Origin: an uncultured delta proteobacterium
GTDB lineage: Bacteria; Desulfobacterota; Binatia; Bin18
Direction: 5' to 3'
NCBI GenBank assembly: GCA_963733195.1
Contig: CAVTCR010000035.1
Coordinates: 1-25,068, forward strand
Length of the DNA: 25,068 nt
The stretch's first letter is position 1. The number at the start of each line of letters is the position of its first letter. Below are positions 7,486 to 19,300 of the stretch, piece by piece. The translations under genes were made by a program, and so were the position numbers. The notes under the pieces are model-generated. The model made no database searches. It was not told the origin of the DNA and was given only the letters and a program-made list of their open reading frames with translations.

Positions 7486-10400
7486 TTAATGCCATTGTTC
7501 CAGGAGCGCGACGGGAAAATGAGCCAACACCTCTCCTAACGCAAGGCAGCAACGGCCTTCTCGATGGTACGTGGTGACCGGCTCTCCCGTAAAGAGATTT
7601 CGGTAGTCATGATCATTGCTATCCGGTGGCAAAACCAGCCACGTCTCTGCCCAGACCTCAGCACCGACAGGAAGCACCAGCTGGATCAGGGATAACCTGC
7701 GTCAGCAGACGCGGTGCCACCACGATGAGCGGCTGGTGCCTATGTCGTCGCGCGAACGCGCAGAGGTGTTTCTGTCGACGTCCGATCGCCTCTACCGGTA
7801 CGTACTCACCAGCACGAAAAAGGTCGGGATGTTGCCGACGATAGGTGAGCGCTTGTTGCGTCACGTACAGCTTGATGCGGCCATCTTCCCACGTCTCCAG
7901 AAGTTCCTGAGTGAGAGCAGGACGATTGTCTCGTGCAGCATTGAGCTTCACTTGCAAATTGTCTAATAACTGTCGTCGCTGATCGTAGTCAACTGGGCGG
8001 CGATTGTCGGGGTCAACTAGACTAAAATCCCAAAGTTCCGTACCCTGGTAAAGGTCGGGTACCCCAGGTGTCGTCAACTTGAGCACTGTTTGTGATAGCG
8101 AGTTGTACATTCCATAGCGGGCGATCTTGGTACGGAACTGGTGGAAATCGTCACGAAAGAGAAAATCGTCGAGCACCCGCCCGACAAATTCGTGCAACGC
8201 GTCGTCGTACGGTTCATTGGGGTTGATCCAACTGGTGTTAACCTTCGCCTCTTTGGTGGCCTTGCGCATGTATGCCTGTATGCGCTGCTTGAAGATGTTG
8301 TAATCGTCCGCGGTCATTGAGATTAGTGGCCACACACCTAGCACGGTTTGATAGAACAGATATTCGTCATTACGATCTGGTGCAAATTGGCCATCTATCT
8401 GCGCTTTCCGTTTCTTGTACTGTTGGCTCCAGCGTCTCAGCAGCGTTCGCCATTCGTAGGGTAACTCCGAGAGGACGTTGATCCGTGCGCGTACATCTTC
8501 GCTCCGCTTCGTATCGTGAGTTGTAGTGGCCAAGAGCGTGTGAGGCCAATACTTACGGCGTTCACCACACCGGGTGTGAAACGTGACCAGCGACGTTCCG
8601 AAGCAATCGGGTGAACTGCCTACCTCATTGAGCGACACCAGTCGGTTGTAAAGATAAAAGGTAGTGTCCTCGACCCCTTTGGCCATGACTGGACCCGTGT
8701 ATTGTTGAAATTTCATCACGAATGCATGCTGCATCTGCCGATCTTCCTCTGTAGCCCCAGCAGGAAATCGCAACAGCAGAACATCGCGGACATAATTGAA
8801 GATCGAGACGTCTCGCGCAGGATTCTTCCGTTTGCCGTATGCCACGGCCTGCTCGACAATGGTCTGGTCTCGCTCACTGACCTCGTTGTCGGTGATATAA
8901 GTCCGGTAGACCGGAAAACAGGCGATGATCTCACGGAGCGTATGGGTAAGGCTGTTGAGCGTAAAATCCCGAGCGTGACGGTTGCGTTCCGAGAGACGGT
9001 GTAGTTGGTGCCCAAGTACGTTGATCTCGCTGGACAACGCCACCTGCATAATAAGTTTTTTATTCTCGTATACCAGGTCGGCAAAGCTCTGTTGGGAACG
9101 GGTGAAACGCTTATAGATGTCGGTGAGTAGTTTCTCATTATCAGTATCGATAAAAATGCCATTAAGGTCAGCAAGAAAATCATAGCCGGTACTGCCGTGA
9201 ACCGGCCAGGACTCAGGAAGGAAATCACCTGCGCTGGAGATCTTCTCCAACACAACATAACAGGGCAACTCAGCTGACAGTGTAACAGAGTCGCCCTGGC
9301 CCTGCGTCGCTACGTGGTCCGCCCGTGCGAGCAGCGAGGGCACTTCTGGATAGGTCTTGGAGCGGAGCGCAAGCGCGAGCGCCTGCTGCAGACGCCACAG
9401 ATATCGAGCTGGATCATAGAGCCCATCGACATGGTCGATCCGCAGCCCGGTGACCTTTCCGTCAGCGCACAAGCACAGGGCGAGTTGATGCGTTGCCGCA
9501 AACACAAGCGGATCTTCCGTACGAACTGCGGCCAGTTCGTTCACGTCAAAGAATCGTCGATAATTGATTTCCTCCGCCGCCGTACGCCAGTAGGAGAGAC
9601 GATAGGCTTGATCGGTCAAGAGACCATCGAGGAAATCGAAGCTACGTGGTTCACCTTTCTTACCGTTAAAGAACTGAACATTTTCTGCTACGAAGGCGAG
9701 AATCTCAGGTGTGGTTGTCGTCACGGTTGCGAGGCGTTTCTTAATGATCTCTTTTTCGCGATTGCGCTCAATGACTTTGTCACGATCCGTCTCGGTGCGT
9801 AGGGGGAGGTGACTGAGGGCAGTAATGATGCTGCGAAACTCCAACAGTTGTGGGTGGTCAGGGCCAAGTTTTCGTTCGAGATCTCCAAGTCGGTGGAGGA
9901 GGACGGCCATCGAAGGGCGCGGCGCAATCGGCAGATGGTAATCACCATACTTGAGAAAAAACGCTCCCTCCTCGTAACTGAGGGTCAACTCTTGATTCTC
10001 TAACACGCTGCCATACTGATCGCCCAAGATCGGTAGCAACACTTTGTTTGCCAACTCCGCTTTAACTGGTGTCCAGTCAATGTCAAAACACGCAGCATGG
10101 AGTGAGCTTGGGCCATTTTCCAATACATCTGCCCACCAAACATTACTGCTTTTAGCAATACCCATGTGGTTGGGAACGAGATCAAGGATATGTCCCATAC
10201 TACGACGCTGCAAAGCATGCACAAAGCTATCGTAGTCTGCTTCCTTCCCCAGCTCTGGGTTGAGAGCGTTGTGGTCAATGACATCGTAGCCGTGCGGACT
10301 CCCCGGACTGGCCTTGAAATAGGGCGAACAATAGCAATCACTAATTCCTAAAGTGTGCAGATACGGAACTAATCGAGCTGCATCGGCAAATGTGAACGAC

Positions 10401-10511
10401 GCATTAAATTGCAACCGGTAGGTCGCTAAGGGAATGCGAGCGACGACGGTCTTCTCAGAGGGCCCTTTCTTCGCCTTCCGAGGCCGCAGTAATGGGGCTG
10501 ACTAACGTCAT
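7486..10511 (-). CDS. treY: Malto-oligosyltrehalose synthase (GH13), with two apparent 1-nt frameshifts
   Basis: [97 protein letters not shown] precedes ATG 10511, which is one base out of frame (~10495); C-terminus ...[10 protein letters not shown] (7486-7677) is in another frame after ~7672. Confidence 0.93.
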
Positions 10512-10757
10512 CACGTCACCTCCCTGTAGGTTTAGTTTCTCCATAGAAAGACTTGCCGATGCCACAAGGATTTTGAGCCAAGCGCCGTGCGAAGCAAAGT
10601 AATTATGGATTGTTTACTTCTTCTAAGGCAGGGGGGTTGAATGACCTGAGCGGGTATACATGCTGGTGTATATCTAAACAGCAAGTGTACAGTCGTAGGA
10701 TTACGTAAACCCCTGCTTCCCAAAATCCCCACCTTTGTCGAACACCCAATCCAATAT

Positions 10758-11348
10758 CTAACTCACGGTGAAAGAACGCGAGTTTCTCTTGACCGCAGTT
10801 TCCTGTGACGTGCCACGCGGAGGCTCGAAGTACGGCTCTGACTTCGTAGCAGGATGCGAGGTTACGGCAGTATACTCGCGTGCACGGTGAGTTGGAGTCT
10901 CCACAAGTACAGAAATCACGAGTGCACTCAACCCGAAAATCTCTAAAATCGCTCGTGCTGCGTGCGTATACTCCCATTGGCTGCGCCACCACGTCCAGTC
11001 CGCAGGTATCGTATCGGGTGTCCACGTCGAGATCACCGCGTTTACCGGGGCAACGAACACCCACCACGCCACATGCGCCATCAGCAGACAGACTGTGCCG
11101 AACAGTGTCCACTGGAAAGCTGGACGCCGTCGCCACACCGCAAGCGATAATATAATCGCCAAAAGTAACGCTCCGACCTCGATGACCGCTCCTATCGTAC
11201 CGAACATCTGGTACAGGCTTTGCGAAGCTATCCACTGGGCGCCATCATAACTCATCCTGGGTGGCAATTGCAGAAGATGACAGAAGGCCATCGCCATGCT
11301 GAGTGAAACAAGGGTGATCGTGAAAAAACGCCAAGTTCTCAAAAGCAT
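10758..11348 (-). CDS. DUF1772 / anthrone-oxygenase-like membrane protein (196 aa)
   Basis: RBS GGAGGA upstream of ATG 11348; about four hydrophobic helices; motifs CHLLQLP, PVN, W..WR.QWEY.HAARA. Confidence 0.7.
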   Translation of the reverse strand: MLLRTWRFFTITLVSLSMAMAFCHLLQLPPRMSYDGAQWIASQSLYQMFGTIGAVIEVGALLLAIILSLAVWRRRPAFQWTLFGTVCLLMAHVAWWVFVAPVNAVISTWTPDTIPADWTWWRSQWEYTHAARAILEIFGLSALVISVLVETPTHRAREYTAVTSHPATKSEPYFEPPRGTSQETAVKRNSRSFTVS

Positions 11349-11382
11349 ATATTCCTCCATATCTGTCCGCGAGGAAATCTGC

Positions 11383-11441
11383 TTTCGCGAGCCACTCGCG
11401 AAATTGCCGTAGGGTCTTACACTACTCAGAACCCTACGGCA
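11383..11441. repeat. Two tandem perfect hairpins upstream of the DUF1772-like gene
   Basis: TTTCGCGAG-CCA-CTCGCGAAA (11383-11403) and TGCCGTAGGGT-N15-ACCCTACGGCA (11405-11441). Confidence 0.75.
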
Positions 11442-11802
11442 GCAAAATATCGTACCGTCTGCCGTGGGACCCCAATGTGGGTACAACCCTGTCTATGGAG
11501 TCTTCCGTTCCAGATTGGCCGTTTGGTATCGCCGAAAGTAAATGCCTAATGACTTACCTTTCCGTCTTACATCCTTGCGGTGTCGCATTTTTTACACAGA
11601 TCAACCCAGTCGCCGTCCCATTATTGGGACGCTTTCCGAGCGTAACTGTCTACGCGAGGAGGCAATTCATCTGAGAGATGAGATAAGTACGCACGAATTT
11701 CGCTCACTATCTGTGAATTAACCTCACTAATGATCCCAGTCACCGTTGAAGGAGCGGAGAGTCTAATTACTACGCGAAGGCCTTCCTTTTCTCGATATAT
11801 GG

Positions 11803-11819
11803 CTGGCATGGTCATTGCG
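11803..11819 (+). promoter_or_regulatory. Sigma-54 (-24/-12) promoter candidate for DUF1328-glgX
   Basis: CTGGCATGGTCATTGCG: GG (11805-11806)-N10-GC (11817-11818), close to TGGCAC-N5-TTGC, ~60 nt before ATG 11877. Confidence 0.7.
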
Positions 11820-11876
11820 TCTCAAAACTTGAGATCGCTGGAACAAACAGAAATATTCCAGAAAGAGGGTGCTATC

Positions 11877-12044
11877 ATGTTGAGTTGGGCGTTGACATTT
11901 CTCATTATCGCGCTGATTGCAGGGTTGCTCGGGCTCACTGGCATTGCTGGTACAGCCACGCAGATCGCATGGGTGTTATTCGTCGTCTTTCTCATTCTGT
12001 TCCTCGTCAGCCTCGTCACAGGGCGTCGTATATCACCTAAGTGA
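11877..12044 (+). CDS. DUF1328 / UPF0391 small membrane protein (55 aa)
   Basis: [51 protein letters not shown] is the family signature; RBS GAGG upstream. Confidence 0.92.
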   Translation: MLSWALTFLIIALIAGLLGLTGIAGTATQIAWVLFVVFLILFLVSLVTGRRISPK

Positions 12045-12048
12045 AGAA

Positions 12049-14196
12049 ATGATGAGAGCATGGCCGGGACAACCATTTCCCCAGGGCGCCACCTGGGATG
12101 GGGCTGGAGTGAACTTCGCCCTCTTTTCGGAGAACGCAACCCAGGTCCAACTTTGTCTGTTCGATGGTCCAGACGGCAATCAGGAAAGCGCTCGCATCTC
12201 GCTCACCGAACAAACAGATCACGTGTGGCATATCTATCTGCCAGAAGTACGACCCGGACAGCGCTACGGTTACCGGGTGTATGGCCCCTATGCGCCTGAG
12301 GAAGGTCATCGCTTCAATTCAGCAAAGCTCCTTCTAGATCCCTACGCCAAGGCAGTTGCCGGGAGCATACACTGGAGCGATGCGCTGTTTGGATACACGC
12401 TGGGACACCCAGACGCCGACCTGTCCCAGGACGAACGTGACAGTGCAGCTGGGCTGCCGAAGTGCGTGGTCGTAGATTCAGCATTTGGCTGGGGCAATGA
12501 TACGCCTCCACGGACGCCTTGGCATAAGACCCTGATCTATGAACTGCACGTCAAAGGATTTACCATCCGTCACCCTGAAGTGCCTCTAGAACTCCAAGGA
12601 ACCTACGAGGGGCTAAGCCATCCTGCTGTGATTAACTATTTCCAGTCCTTAGGCATCACCGCTGTGGAACTTCTGCCAGTTCACCAGTTCGTCGCCGACA
12701 AGCACTTGGTGGATCGTGGGTTAACCAATTACTGGGGTTACAATTCCATAGGCTTCTTCGCTCCTGAGTCTTCCTACTCCAGTAGTGGAATATTGGGTCA
12801 ACAGGTGGCGGAGTTCAAGACTCTGGTCAAGACTCTCCACCGAGAAGGGATCGAAGTGATCCTAGACGTGGTCTACAACCACACGGGCGAAGGAAACCAT
12901 CTAGGACCGACTCTGTGTTTTCGTGGAATAGACAATGCCGCGTATTATCGACTCGTAGCTGACAACCGCCGCTACTATATGGACTATACAGGCTGCGGCA
13001 ACACTTTGAACATGACCCATCCACGCACGCTTCAGCTCATCATGGATAGCCTGCGCTATTGGGTGTTGGAGATGCACGTCGATGGATTCCGCTTCGACTT
13101 AGCCTCGGCGTTAGCACGCGGACTCCATGAAGTGGACCGGCTGGGCGCGTTTTTCGATATCATCCATCAAGATCCGGTGCTCTCGCAGGTCAAGCTTATC
13201 GCTGAGCCGTGGGACCTCGGCGAAGGCGGTTACCAAGTCGGCAACTTCCCGGTGTTGTGGGCCGAATGGAATGGGCAATACCGCGATACCGTACGGCGTT
13301 TCTGGAAAGGGGATGGTGGGCTGGTGGGAGACCTAGCGTTTCGCCTGACTGGGAGCAGCGATCTGTATGAACGTAGTGGGCGCCGTCCATATGCCAGTAT
13401 TAACTTTGTCACTGCCCATGACGGGTTTACCTTGAACGATTTGGTGAGCTACAACGAGAAACACAATGAAGCCAATGGCGATGAGAACAGCGACGGTCAC
13501 AACGATAACCTGAGCTGGAATTGTGGAGTGGAAGGACCGAGTAATGATCCGACCATCCAGACACTCCGCGTGCGGCAGCAGCGTAATTTCCTGGCGACCT
13601 TGCTACTCTCACAAGGAGTGCCAATGCTACAAGCGGGTGATGAGAGTGGACGAACTCAGCAAGGCAACAACAACGTTTATTGTCAGGACAATGAACTCTC
13701 CTGGGTGGACTGGAAGCTGGACCGACCGAGGCAGGAGCTGTTGGAGTTCACGCGCCAGGTAATCCACCTGTTCCATCAGCACCCTGTGCTGCGGCGGCGG
13801 AAGTTCTTTCAAGGCCGGAAGATCCGTGGTTCTGAGGTGAAAGACTTGGTGTGGTTTCGGCCCGACGGCAAGGAGATGACCGATGAGGACTGGGACAACT
13901 GGCATGCTCACTGTTTGGGACTGCGTCTGGCGGGTGATGCTATTGAAGAGGTCGATCCTCGGGGAAATCGAATTAGCGACGACACGCTGCTTATTTTGTT
14001 GAATGCCCACCATGAGCCTCTTCCCTTTGTTCTCCCCGCACATCGCGCGAGAATGCGGTGGGAGCTGCTGCTGGATACCCGTGAGGCCAAGGGTACGCCG
14101 CGGCGGCGACTGCTCCTTCGAGGTGGTCAACCATACGAGCTAGAGGCACGTTCTCTGGCGTTGCTCCGGCTTCATGCCAACGTCACGCGTCGTTAG
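12049..14196 (+). CDS. glgX: Glycogen debranching enzyme GlgX/TreX (GH13 isoamylase)
   Basis: [68 protein letters not shown]; intact ORF; start at ATG 12049 or 12052. Confidence 0.97.
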   Translation: MMRAWPGQPFPQGATWDGAGVNFALFSENATQVQLCLFDGPDGNQESARISLTEQTDHVWHIYLPEVRPGQRYGYRVYGPYAPEEGHRFNSAKLLLDPYAKAVAGSIHWSDALFGYTLGHPDADLSQDERDSAAGLPKCVVVDSAFGWGNDTPPRTPWHKTLIYELHVKGFTIRHPEVPLELQGTYEGLSHPAVINYFQSLGITAVELLPVHQFVADKHLVDRGLTNYWGYNSIGFFAPESSYSSSGILGQQVAEFKTLVKTLHREGIEVILDVVYNHTGEGNHLGPTLCFRGIDNAAYYRLVADNRRYYMDYTGCGNTLNMTHPRTLQLIMDSLRYWVLEMHVDGFRFDLASALARGLHEVDRLGAFFDIIHQDPVLSQVKLIAEPWDLGEGGYQVGNFPVLWAEWNGQYRDTVRRFWKGDGGLVGDLAFRLTGSSDLYERSGRRPYASINFVTAHDGFTLNDLVSYNEKHNEANGDENSDGHNDNLSWNCGVEGPSNDPTIQTLRVRQQRNFLATLLLSQGVPMLQAGDESGRTQQGNNNVYCQDNELSWVDWKLDRPRQELLEFTRQVIHLFHQHPVLRRRKFFQGRKIRGSEVKDLVWFRPDGKEMTDEDWDNWHAHCLGLRLAGDAIEEVDPRGNRISDDTLLILLNAHHEPLPFVLPAHRARMRWELLLDTREAKGTPRRRLLLRGGQPYELEARSLALLRLHANVTRR

Positions 14197-14232
14197 ACAC
14201 GGAAACCTTTCGCAGAGCGTACGTTATACTCT

Positions 14233-14877
14233 CTACTGCGCTTCAAGCTCTGCGATTTTCTGCTTGAGAACATCAAGGAGTCCGTCGGCAGAAGACTTGG
14301 CTATGATACGCGAGAATTGATTGCGATAGTTTTGCACGAGACTGACGTTTTCGGCTACTACGTCATAGATCTGCCACGTACCTTCATGCTGATGCAGCCG
14401 GTAAACAACTGAAAAGGGGTTATCCTGGGAAGGAGTTTTGATACGCGTGTGGACTTCAGCATGATCGTTTTCGATCTGTTCGTTGTCAAAGAAGAATTGA
14501 GCATCGGCGGTATATCGTTCGAGCGTGCTACTATAGCTCTTTTTCACTAACTGAATGTATAAGCGCACGAATTCTTTTCGCTGTTCCTCTGTCAGTGTCT
14601 GCCAGTGAACACCCAGGGAGCGCTGGGCAATCTCTTGGGTGTCAAAGCTGGGTAGTATGATCTCCCACATACGCTCGATTTGCTGCTGACGTTGATCCTT
14701 GCCTTTTGCGGGGGCGTTCGCGAGTACCGTAAGCGCTTGATTCGTAGTAGAACGGACCATCTCCAAAGGAGAAGTGGCTGCCCAGGCACTGACCGACCAG
14801 AGTACGCAGCCGGCGCACAACACACACACAATCTCCGTCAATTTCGCTAACATCCCGTGATATATATACTTCCTCAT
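14233..14877 (-). CDS. MlaC/Ttg2D-family periplasmic lipid-binding protein
   Basis: RBS AAGGAG before ATG 14877; signal peptide ending AWA; motifs IAQRSLGVHW, EQRKEF, WQIYDVVAENVSLVQNYRNQF. Confidence 0.88.
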   Translation of the reverse strand: MRKYIYHGMLAKLTEIVCVLCAGCVLWSVSAWAATSPLEMVRSTTNQALTVLANAPAKGKDQRQQQIERMWEIILPSFDTQEIAQRSLGVHWQTLTEEQRKEFVRLYIQLVKKSYSSTLERYTADAQFFFDNEQIENDHAEVHTRIKTPSQDNPFSVVYRLHQHEGTWQIYDVVAENVSLVQNYRNQFSRIIAKSSADGLLDVLKQKIAELEAQ

Positions 14878-15039
14878 CGTGAAGTCTCCTTGAGCGTCTT
14901 GTTTATTGTTTCTTCTTGTCAGTGTCCAGACTGTCTGCGATTCATTTGCTCTTTTGTTTGCCACCGTTCAGTAAGTTACGGTAGTAAGCAGCGCACTACC
15001 GCTCATGTCCACACGATCCAGATGATCGTTGGCTTTATC

Positions 15040-15789
15040 CTAGGTGCGGTTGCGCTGGAGCTGGCGCGTCCATAGCGCAAGCTGATCAAGAAGCCGCTGC
15101 AGACGGGCTTGCGTATCCTTGTCAGTAAGGTTCCCTGCCGCGTCAAAGAGATCCTCAGCGTTACTAATCATAGCCTCTGGCTGGTTCAGGGCATACATAT
15201 TTAAAGTGACAAACACTTGCCGCAGGTGATACTGGGCGCGAGCCGTGCCCAGTCGCCCAACCGAAGCCCCTAGGACGGCAACCGGTTTACCGTTCCATAC
15301 ATTATCGCCGGGAGGGCGCGAAGCCCAGTCGATGGCATTTTTGAGCACACCGGGGATCGAGTAGTTATATTCTGGCGTGGCAATGAGGATAGCATCGGCA
15401 GCGCGGATGCGAGTTTTGAACTCGACCACCTCCGTTGGTGGCGTCTTCTCGTCATCTTGATTAAAGAGCGGGATGCCAGCAATATCGAAGATATCCAGAG
15501 TAATGTTCGCTGGAACAAGCTGTTGGGCGGCGCGCAACAACGCACGATTGTACGAGGCGCGTCGTAGGCTGCCAGCAATACCCAAGATAGTCAGCTGTCT
15601 CTTTTCTTCACTCTTGGGTACTTCAAGGTGAGTTTTCGTTTGGATGTGGGATGAGCTAGTCGTCATAGGTGCCGTTGGGTGGGGCTCGCGCCCTAACGTC
15701 CACGCTGGTGGATCACTCGCTGGAAACGTATCCACAAGCGTCGTGTCGATTATCTCCTTAAGTGTTTGGTCAGTCGCATTTGTGCTCAT
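15040..15789 (-). CDS. NADPH-dependent FMN reductase (ChrR/SsuE-like) with ~65-aa N-terminal extension
   Basis: GSLRRASYN, ATPEYNYSIPGVLKNAIDWASR, GKPVA, GTARAQYHLRQ; AAGGA upstream of ATG 15789. Confidence 0.92.
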   Translation of the reverse strand: MSTNATDQTLKEIIDTTLVDTFPASDPPAWTLGREPHPTAPMTTSSSHIQTKTHLEVPKSEEKRQLTILGIAGSLRRASYNRALLRAAQQLVPANITLDIFDIAGIPLFNQDDEKTPPTEVVEFKTRIRAADAILIATPEYNYSIPGVLKNAIDWASRPPGDNVWNGKPVAVLGASVGRLGTARAQYHLRQVFVTLNMYALNQPEAMISNAEDLFDAAGNLTDKDTQARLQRLLDQLALWTRQLQRNRT

Positions 15790-15948
15790 CGGCTGGTTCC
15801 TTACACCTAGGAAAATATGCTGCGTTCATAACAATGATCATGGATTTGACAGTGGAGAGTTCGTGGGCAAAATAAAGCAACTTACGCGCTGCCATTTCTG
15901 ACAATATGCGCGCAAATCGATAACTTCATTAGTCAATGCTTAAGCAGC

Positions 15949-15965
15949 AGCAAACCGAATGCCAA
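15949..15965 (-). promoter_or_regulatory. Sigma-54 promoter candidate for FMN reductase (and possibly mlaC-like gene)
   Basis: Minus strand TTGGCATTCGGTTTGCT: exact GG-N10-GC spacing; AT-rich tract just upstream (15990-16010). Confidence 0.7.
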
Positions 15966-16311
15966 GCGATTTTCGTCTTAATGAGTATTTGCCTATTTAT
16001 TTATTGGTAAAACTTACTACACTACTGAAGAGAAATTCTCACACCCTTATCGAGCAGTCAGTCTCTACACCTACAGGTTTTCTCGCTTCGAAGAAATTTT
16101 AACGGGTAGGCTCACTTGTCTTGAGAAGCAAACGAAAGTCGCTTTAGCGCACGTGATTTTGCAGTTGTGCTTGCTTTCACTTTTAACCACGATACCGTGA
16201 ATAAGGGTAAGTACCTGCCGGATGTTACATTTGCTCTCACGATTTATGGTGATGAGCATTGCTTTCCTTGGCGGTTTGCTTCACACATTATTAAAATTGT
16301 AAGGACAAGAA

Positions 16312-19300
16312 TTGAATTTCTTTTTTTCTTCTCACGACCTACGCTCCACCTTCCGTTCATGGTTCACCGCTCCTCTACAGTCCGCAGAGCCTATTCGGGC
16401 AGAACTCTTTAGCATCGAGCGTTTGGAGCAACACGCCGAGAGCCTTGCGGCTGCTCAACCTGTCACTACTACAACCCGTTATACGCGCCGGCTGTTGCCA
16501 CGGGTCCAGGAGAACGGGCGTGTCCTCCTGGAGTCTTACCGCACAATCGCTCAGGCGATCCGTGAGGAACGGGCGATCACGCCTGCGGCAGAATGGCTGG
16601 TGGACAATTTCCACATCGTGGACGAACAACTCCGTGAGATCCGTGACGACTTACCACCCGGCTACTATCGACAACTGCCGAAGCTGGCCGAGGGGCCTCT
16701 TAAGGGGTATCCGCGTGTCTTCGGGATGGTTTGGGCGTTCGTCGCGCATACCGATAGTCGGTTTGACCCGGAGGCGCTACGGCGGTTCGTACGTGCCTAT
16801 CAGCGCGTACAACCGTTGACGATCGGAGAACTCTGGGCGGTCGCGATTACGTTGCGAGTGGTGCTCGTCGAAAATCTCCGACGCCTCACGGAGCAAATGG
16901 TGCGTGGACGAGCGGCACGTCAGACCGCCGACGCTCTCGCTGATAATCTACTTGGACTCGAAAGCCGATCAACTGCACCGGGAGTGACAACTCTTCGGCT
17001 CCTTGAAGGTGCACCTTTGGTAACTGCCTTCGCCGTCCAACTCGTTCTGCGGCTACGGGATCAAGACCCGACGGGGATGCCAGCACTTGTCTGGTTAGAC
17101 GAGCGCCTTGCAGCTCAAGGGACGACAGCTGATGAAATCGTTCGCGTCGAGCATCAGCGGCAGGAGGCGATGAACGTAACGGTTCGCAACGTAATCACAA
17201 GCATGCGGCTGATGTCGACCTTCGACTGGGCAGAATTTTTTGAGAGTGTTAGTCTGGTTGACGAAGTGCTTCGTGCCAACAGCGATTTTGCTGCAATGGA
17301 CTTCGCCACCCGCGACCGATACCGACATGCGATCGAAGACCTGGCTCGAGGGTCCCGGCACTCAGAACTCGAAGTCGCTCGACGGGTCATCGTCCAAACC
17401 AAGCGTGCTGCAACTCAGAGTCAGGGAGTCAATGCTCTCTTCAAAGACCGGCAGGCAGAGCCGGGCTACTATCTTATCTCGAAAGGGCGGGCTGGCTTTG
17501 AGCGGGAACTCGGCTTCCGCGTCCCCGCTCAACGTTGGCTACGACGTGCCTACGCCACCGAGGCGACGTCTGGATACCTTGGAACGATTACCGTTGTAGG
17601 TGGAATCATCCTTGCCCTGCTGCTTCTCACTGCGAGTAACTCTGGTGTGAGTGCAGCGGGCCTGTTCTTACTTGGGCTCTTTGCTGCCGTGCCGGCTTTG
17701 GACTTGGCTGTCACGTTGGTGAATCGCGTCGCCATAGCCTTACTTGAGCCACGGGCGTTACCCAAGCTGGAACTCCGCGATGGAGTACCAGCGAGTCTGC
17801 GGACCATGATCGTCGTGCCAACGCTCCTGACTAGCCAAGCCGACATTGAGGAGCAGATCAAACAGCTTGGAAGTTTCCTACCTAGCGAATCTTGACGCCA
17901 ACATTTATTTCGCACTCCTCTCCGACTGGACGGACGCGCCCTCGGAAACAATGCCGAACGACGACGAACTACTAGCGGCGGCGGTCGCGGGTATCGCGCG
18001 TCTCAATCAACGCCACGGATCAGCTCCGGACGGAAGAGCGCGTTTTTTTCTGTTGCACCGCCGACGTGTCTGGAACGAGAGCGAGCAGAAGTGGCTCGGC
18101 TGGGAGCGCAAACGGGGCAAGCTGCATGAACTGAACCGTTTGCTGCGAGGTGCAAAAGACACCACCTTTATCTCGACAGGTGACCACACACACCAAGTCC
18201 CAGCTGACGTGCGGTACGTCATCACCCTTGATGCTGACACGCGGCTACCGAGGGGCACGGCGTGCAGATTGGTCGGCACCATGGCCCACCCGCTTAATCA
18301 GCCAAGGTTTGACCCGCAGGTCGGCCGAGTCGTGGAAGGGTACGCGGTGCTTCAGCCGCGCGTCACACCGACGCTGCCGACCGACCGCGAGGGATCTCTG
18401 TTCCAGCGTATCTTCTCGGGACCGGCCGGTATTGACCCATACGCCTCCGCTACCTCTGATGTCTACCAGGACCTACTCGCCGAAGGGTCGTATACCGGCA
18501 AAGGGATCTATGATGTCGATGCGTTCGAAGCAGCCCTGGCTGGGCGGGTACCCGACAATGCTTTACTAAGTCATGACCTCTTTGAAGGGACGTTCGCGCG
18601 GGCGGGGCTCGTTTCCGACATCGAAGTCTTCGATGAGTTTCCTTCACACTATCAGGTCGCTGCGGCTCGTCAGCATCGCTGGGCGCGCGGCGACTGGCAG
18701 TTGCTGCCATGGATCTTCGGGCATGCTCGGGACCAGAGCGGTGGTCGCGCCCGTACGTCGATCCCACCGATGGATCGTTGGAAGATGCTCGATAACCTCA
18801 GACGTACGCTGTCGCCCCCAGCCGCATTTCTGACTTTAATTGCCGGCTGGACGCTCCCGTCTGCCTCACCCTTACTCTGGACGAGTTTTGTTCTCGTTAC
18901 CCTCGCTTTTCCTGTCCTGTTGCCTCTCTTCAGTGACCTCCTACCACGTTCCCACGGGATCTCAAAACGGAACTACCTCCGCACCATTGGTACTGACCTT
19001 GGTTTCGCTGCATCACACTTTTCACTTGCAGTGATTTTACTTGCCCACCAGGCATGGTTGATGACCGACGCGGTCGTACGGACGCTCTTCCGCTTATACG
19101 TGACCCGGCGCAATCTGCTCGAGTGGACAACTGCCGCACAAGCGAAAACCGGGGCCGCCCTCACCCTAAGCAGCATGTATCGCTGGATGAGCGGGGGAGT
19201 AGTGTTCGCCGCTGCCGCGGGTGCCATCGTAGCGTTGGGACGTCCGCAAGCGTTGCCAGTTGCAGTGCCGTTCGTGCTTCTCTGGCTACTGTCTCCCGTC

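Noticed and set aside
11441-11457. Sigma-54-like CGGTACGATATTTTGCT on the minus strand before the DUF1772-like gene
   Set aside because: Spacing is GG-N11-GC, not N10; valid only if there is a 1-nt sequence error.
11730-12048. Long N-terminal extensions of DUF1328 (from 11730) and glgX (from 11917)
   Set aside because: Family homology and RBS position support starts at 11877 and 12049/12052.
17846-17895. Cgs as two genuine genes or a programmed frameshift
   Set aside because: Break falls inside the conserved LEVxYLAN motif, with no RBS/start for the second part and no slippery heptamer.
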